The notes under the pieces are model-generated. The model worked only from the letters and a program-made list of their open reading frames with translations. It was not told the DNA's origin and searched no databases. A program made the translations under genes and the position numbers. A stretch of DNA of 64,000 nt, from assembly GCA_032718475.1 (NCBI GenBank), contig JAUCBJ010006704.1, positions 4,004 to 68,003 of the forward strand, in the 5' to 3' direction. This DNA comes from Nemertoderma westbladi (taxonomy: Eukaryota; Animalia; Xenacoelomorpha). Shown piece after piece: positions 61,878 to 64,000 of the stretch; positions within the stretch are counted from its first letter, which is position 1; each line of letters begins with the position of its first letter.

Positions 61878-64000
61878 CTAATAATAATAAAAATAAATAA
61901 AAATAAATAATAACTATAAAACTAAATAAAACTAATAATAATAAAAATAAATATTAAACTGAAATTAATCTTACTTCGACTAGTTTATAATAACCGTGGT
62001 TCAAAACCACACTCATTCCTCGTCCTAAATGTTTATCATTTTAGTAATATTTTGATGATGATATGCTAAGATGTTTGTATATATGGTAGCTGCACAGTGC
62101 ACGTACATGAGGTGTTAGGCATTCATCAATACTATAGTAAGTAACTATTGAATTCACATAAATATTTCTGCTTACAAAATATGTAAATATTGTTTGGGAT
62201 CGAACTGTCGAAACTAATAACCCACTTTACACAAAAATGAGGCCGGCTGGCAATATGCTTGCTATCATGGAGACCTAAGATGGGCCAGATGTAACGTACA
62301 CTTCCTAATCTATTCATAAATTCTACATCTACATACCAAGAACAATAAAATAATTGATTTTTTTAGGACAGATGTTGTAGGAAGCAAATACATTTTTATC
62401 TCCTGGGCGTATAATGTTGTGCTAATCTAATACGGTTCAGTTCTGTCACAATTTATCACCTAAAACAATGAATTTACCCAATGAATATATTTAACTTGCG
62501 CAACAAATCAACAATTTAAAGGAAGGATACAAAAGTCAACAAATATTTTGTTAGATTTGGTGCAGAATTTAAGGGCAAATCCGAATATGTAAGTTATGTT
62601 TCTCAACATGTTTTAGTTTTTTAGATATGACGATTCTATTATGGCATGTTTCTATTAATAAAATTATCTTACCGAAAAAAAGGCGTTTCCAATCAAACTG
62701 ACAGAATAGATTTCGGCACACATCAAAACTGACATTGGAAATGAAATCAGCAACCCAGAAAACCCCCATAGTGAAAATTTTATGTTAGGTTGCGCGTTTT
62801 ATTATATTTTGACGGACAAAACAGCAGACAGCAGGCAGAATAGATTTTCCCAAACCTGAATACTCAAATCAGAAATGAAATCAATGACCATGAAAACCCC
62901 CTACTGAAAATTCCAGCCCTATATATGTTTCCTTAATAACATTCATAAATGACAATTTCAATTAATTCATATTGGCAGACACATAGTGACATAAGCCGCG
63001 GGAAGTTTGAATTTTAAAAGCATTTTATTCGGAATTATTTATTTCACGTTTTTTACGCCACTCAAAGTGCTACTGTTAATTTTTTAACAATTTTTTTTTT
63101 AATTTTCAGTGAATGGACTTGACATTTATTGACACTGTGTGGTTCAATGTCAATATACCCGGAAATAAAAATACTCCCCAAATGACTCGGTCAGCCATGG
63201 TAATTTTTTGCAGTCGTCGGCATCGCGGTATTTTACGTAGTATAGTGATATAGTATACACCATGTCCTGGAATATAGTGTCATAATTCAGTGACATGGAC
63301 TGAAAAATTAATAAATAACCAAATATAAACACAATAAACAAATATTTTTACATATTTGGAATCCTTGCTATATTACTAATTTACTATAATAATACTATAA
63401 TTAACTATATTACTAACACATTACTATATCGACCAGTAAAAAATACCCCTTATTTCCAGATAAGGGGGGGGGGGGGGGGGGGGGGGGAGAACTGGACGCA
63501 CATACAATGCTTGTAACAAGTCAGCTCGAGAATATTAGCCCAATCACTAATCCAAAATCTCTAATCACACTAATATAATAAGATATAGATATAAAGATAG
63601 ATATAAAGCTTATAATCTTATATATCTTATATATAAATCTTATAAGCTATATAAATCTTAGATATAAAGATATATATAATAAGATAATAAGATATAATAT
63701 CAGCTGATATCTACTAATATACATTCTTGGCCGGGTAATCTAATAGTTACATTCACTATTCAACTCTCACCAATTATCACCATCTCTAATACCGCATACA
63801 ATGACAATAAGACACATTGACCTATGACAGCTCTCCTTTACAACGTCCCTGTCCCTTCGTATCTCAACCTATTTAATCAACTAACAACCGCGATGAAATT
63901 CATTCTGTTATTAGGGAATCCGAAGTGTATCTTTTTACCGAACATATTTTGATAATATTAAATTCTAACATTCTTTAATAAACATTCCTGTTATTGCTAT

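Noticed and set aside
63150-63341. Additional upstream FAM47 exon
   Set aside because: It has an acceptor-like site, but the translation shows no FAM47-like motif, the donor is weak and the surroundings look repeat-derived.

Overview
AT-rich, intron-containing eukaryotic DNA, most likely from an invertebrate animal; there are no prokaryotic features. Two spliced host genes lie on the minus strand. (1) An 11-exon gene (34300->1850, about 570 aa by manual splicing) encodes a signal peptide plus about 12 beta/gamma-crystallin Greek-key motifs. (2) The last four coding exons (61877->43601) of a FAM47-family gene. Most of the rest is transposon and satellite DNA. Crystallin intron 8 holds a 20.4-kb BEL/Pao LTR element (4508-24871, TSD GTCTG). 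Its gag-protease ORF is open but lacks RT and integrase, and it carries unexplained 3' accessory ORFs. Nested inside it is a young Ty3/Gypsy (Mag-like) element (11577-16845, identical LTRs) whose integrase ends in a PWWP chromatin-reader domain; this is the most notable finding. Also present: a near full-length RTE-like LINE, CRE, Copia (GalEa-like) and Gypsy remnants, two solo LTRs, a MITE family, and 10-, 17- and 22-bp tandem arrays. All calls come from reading the sequence by eye; no database searches were run.
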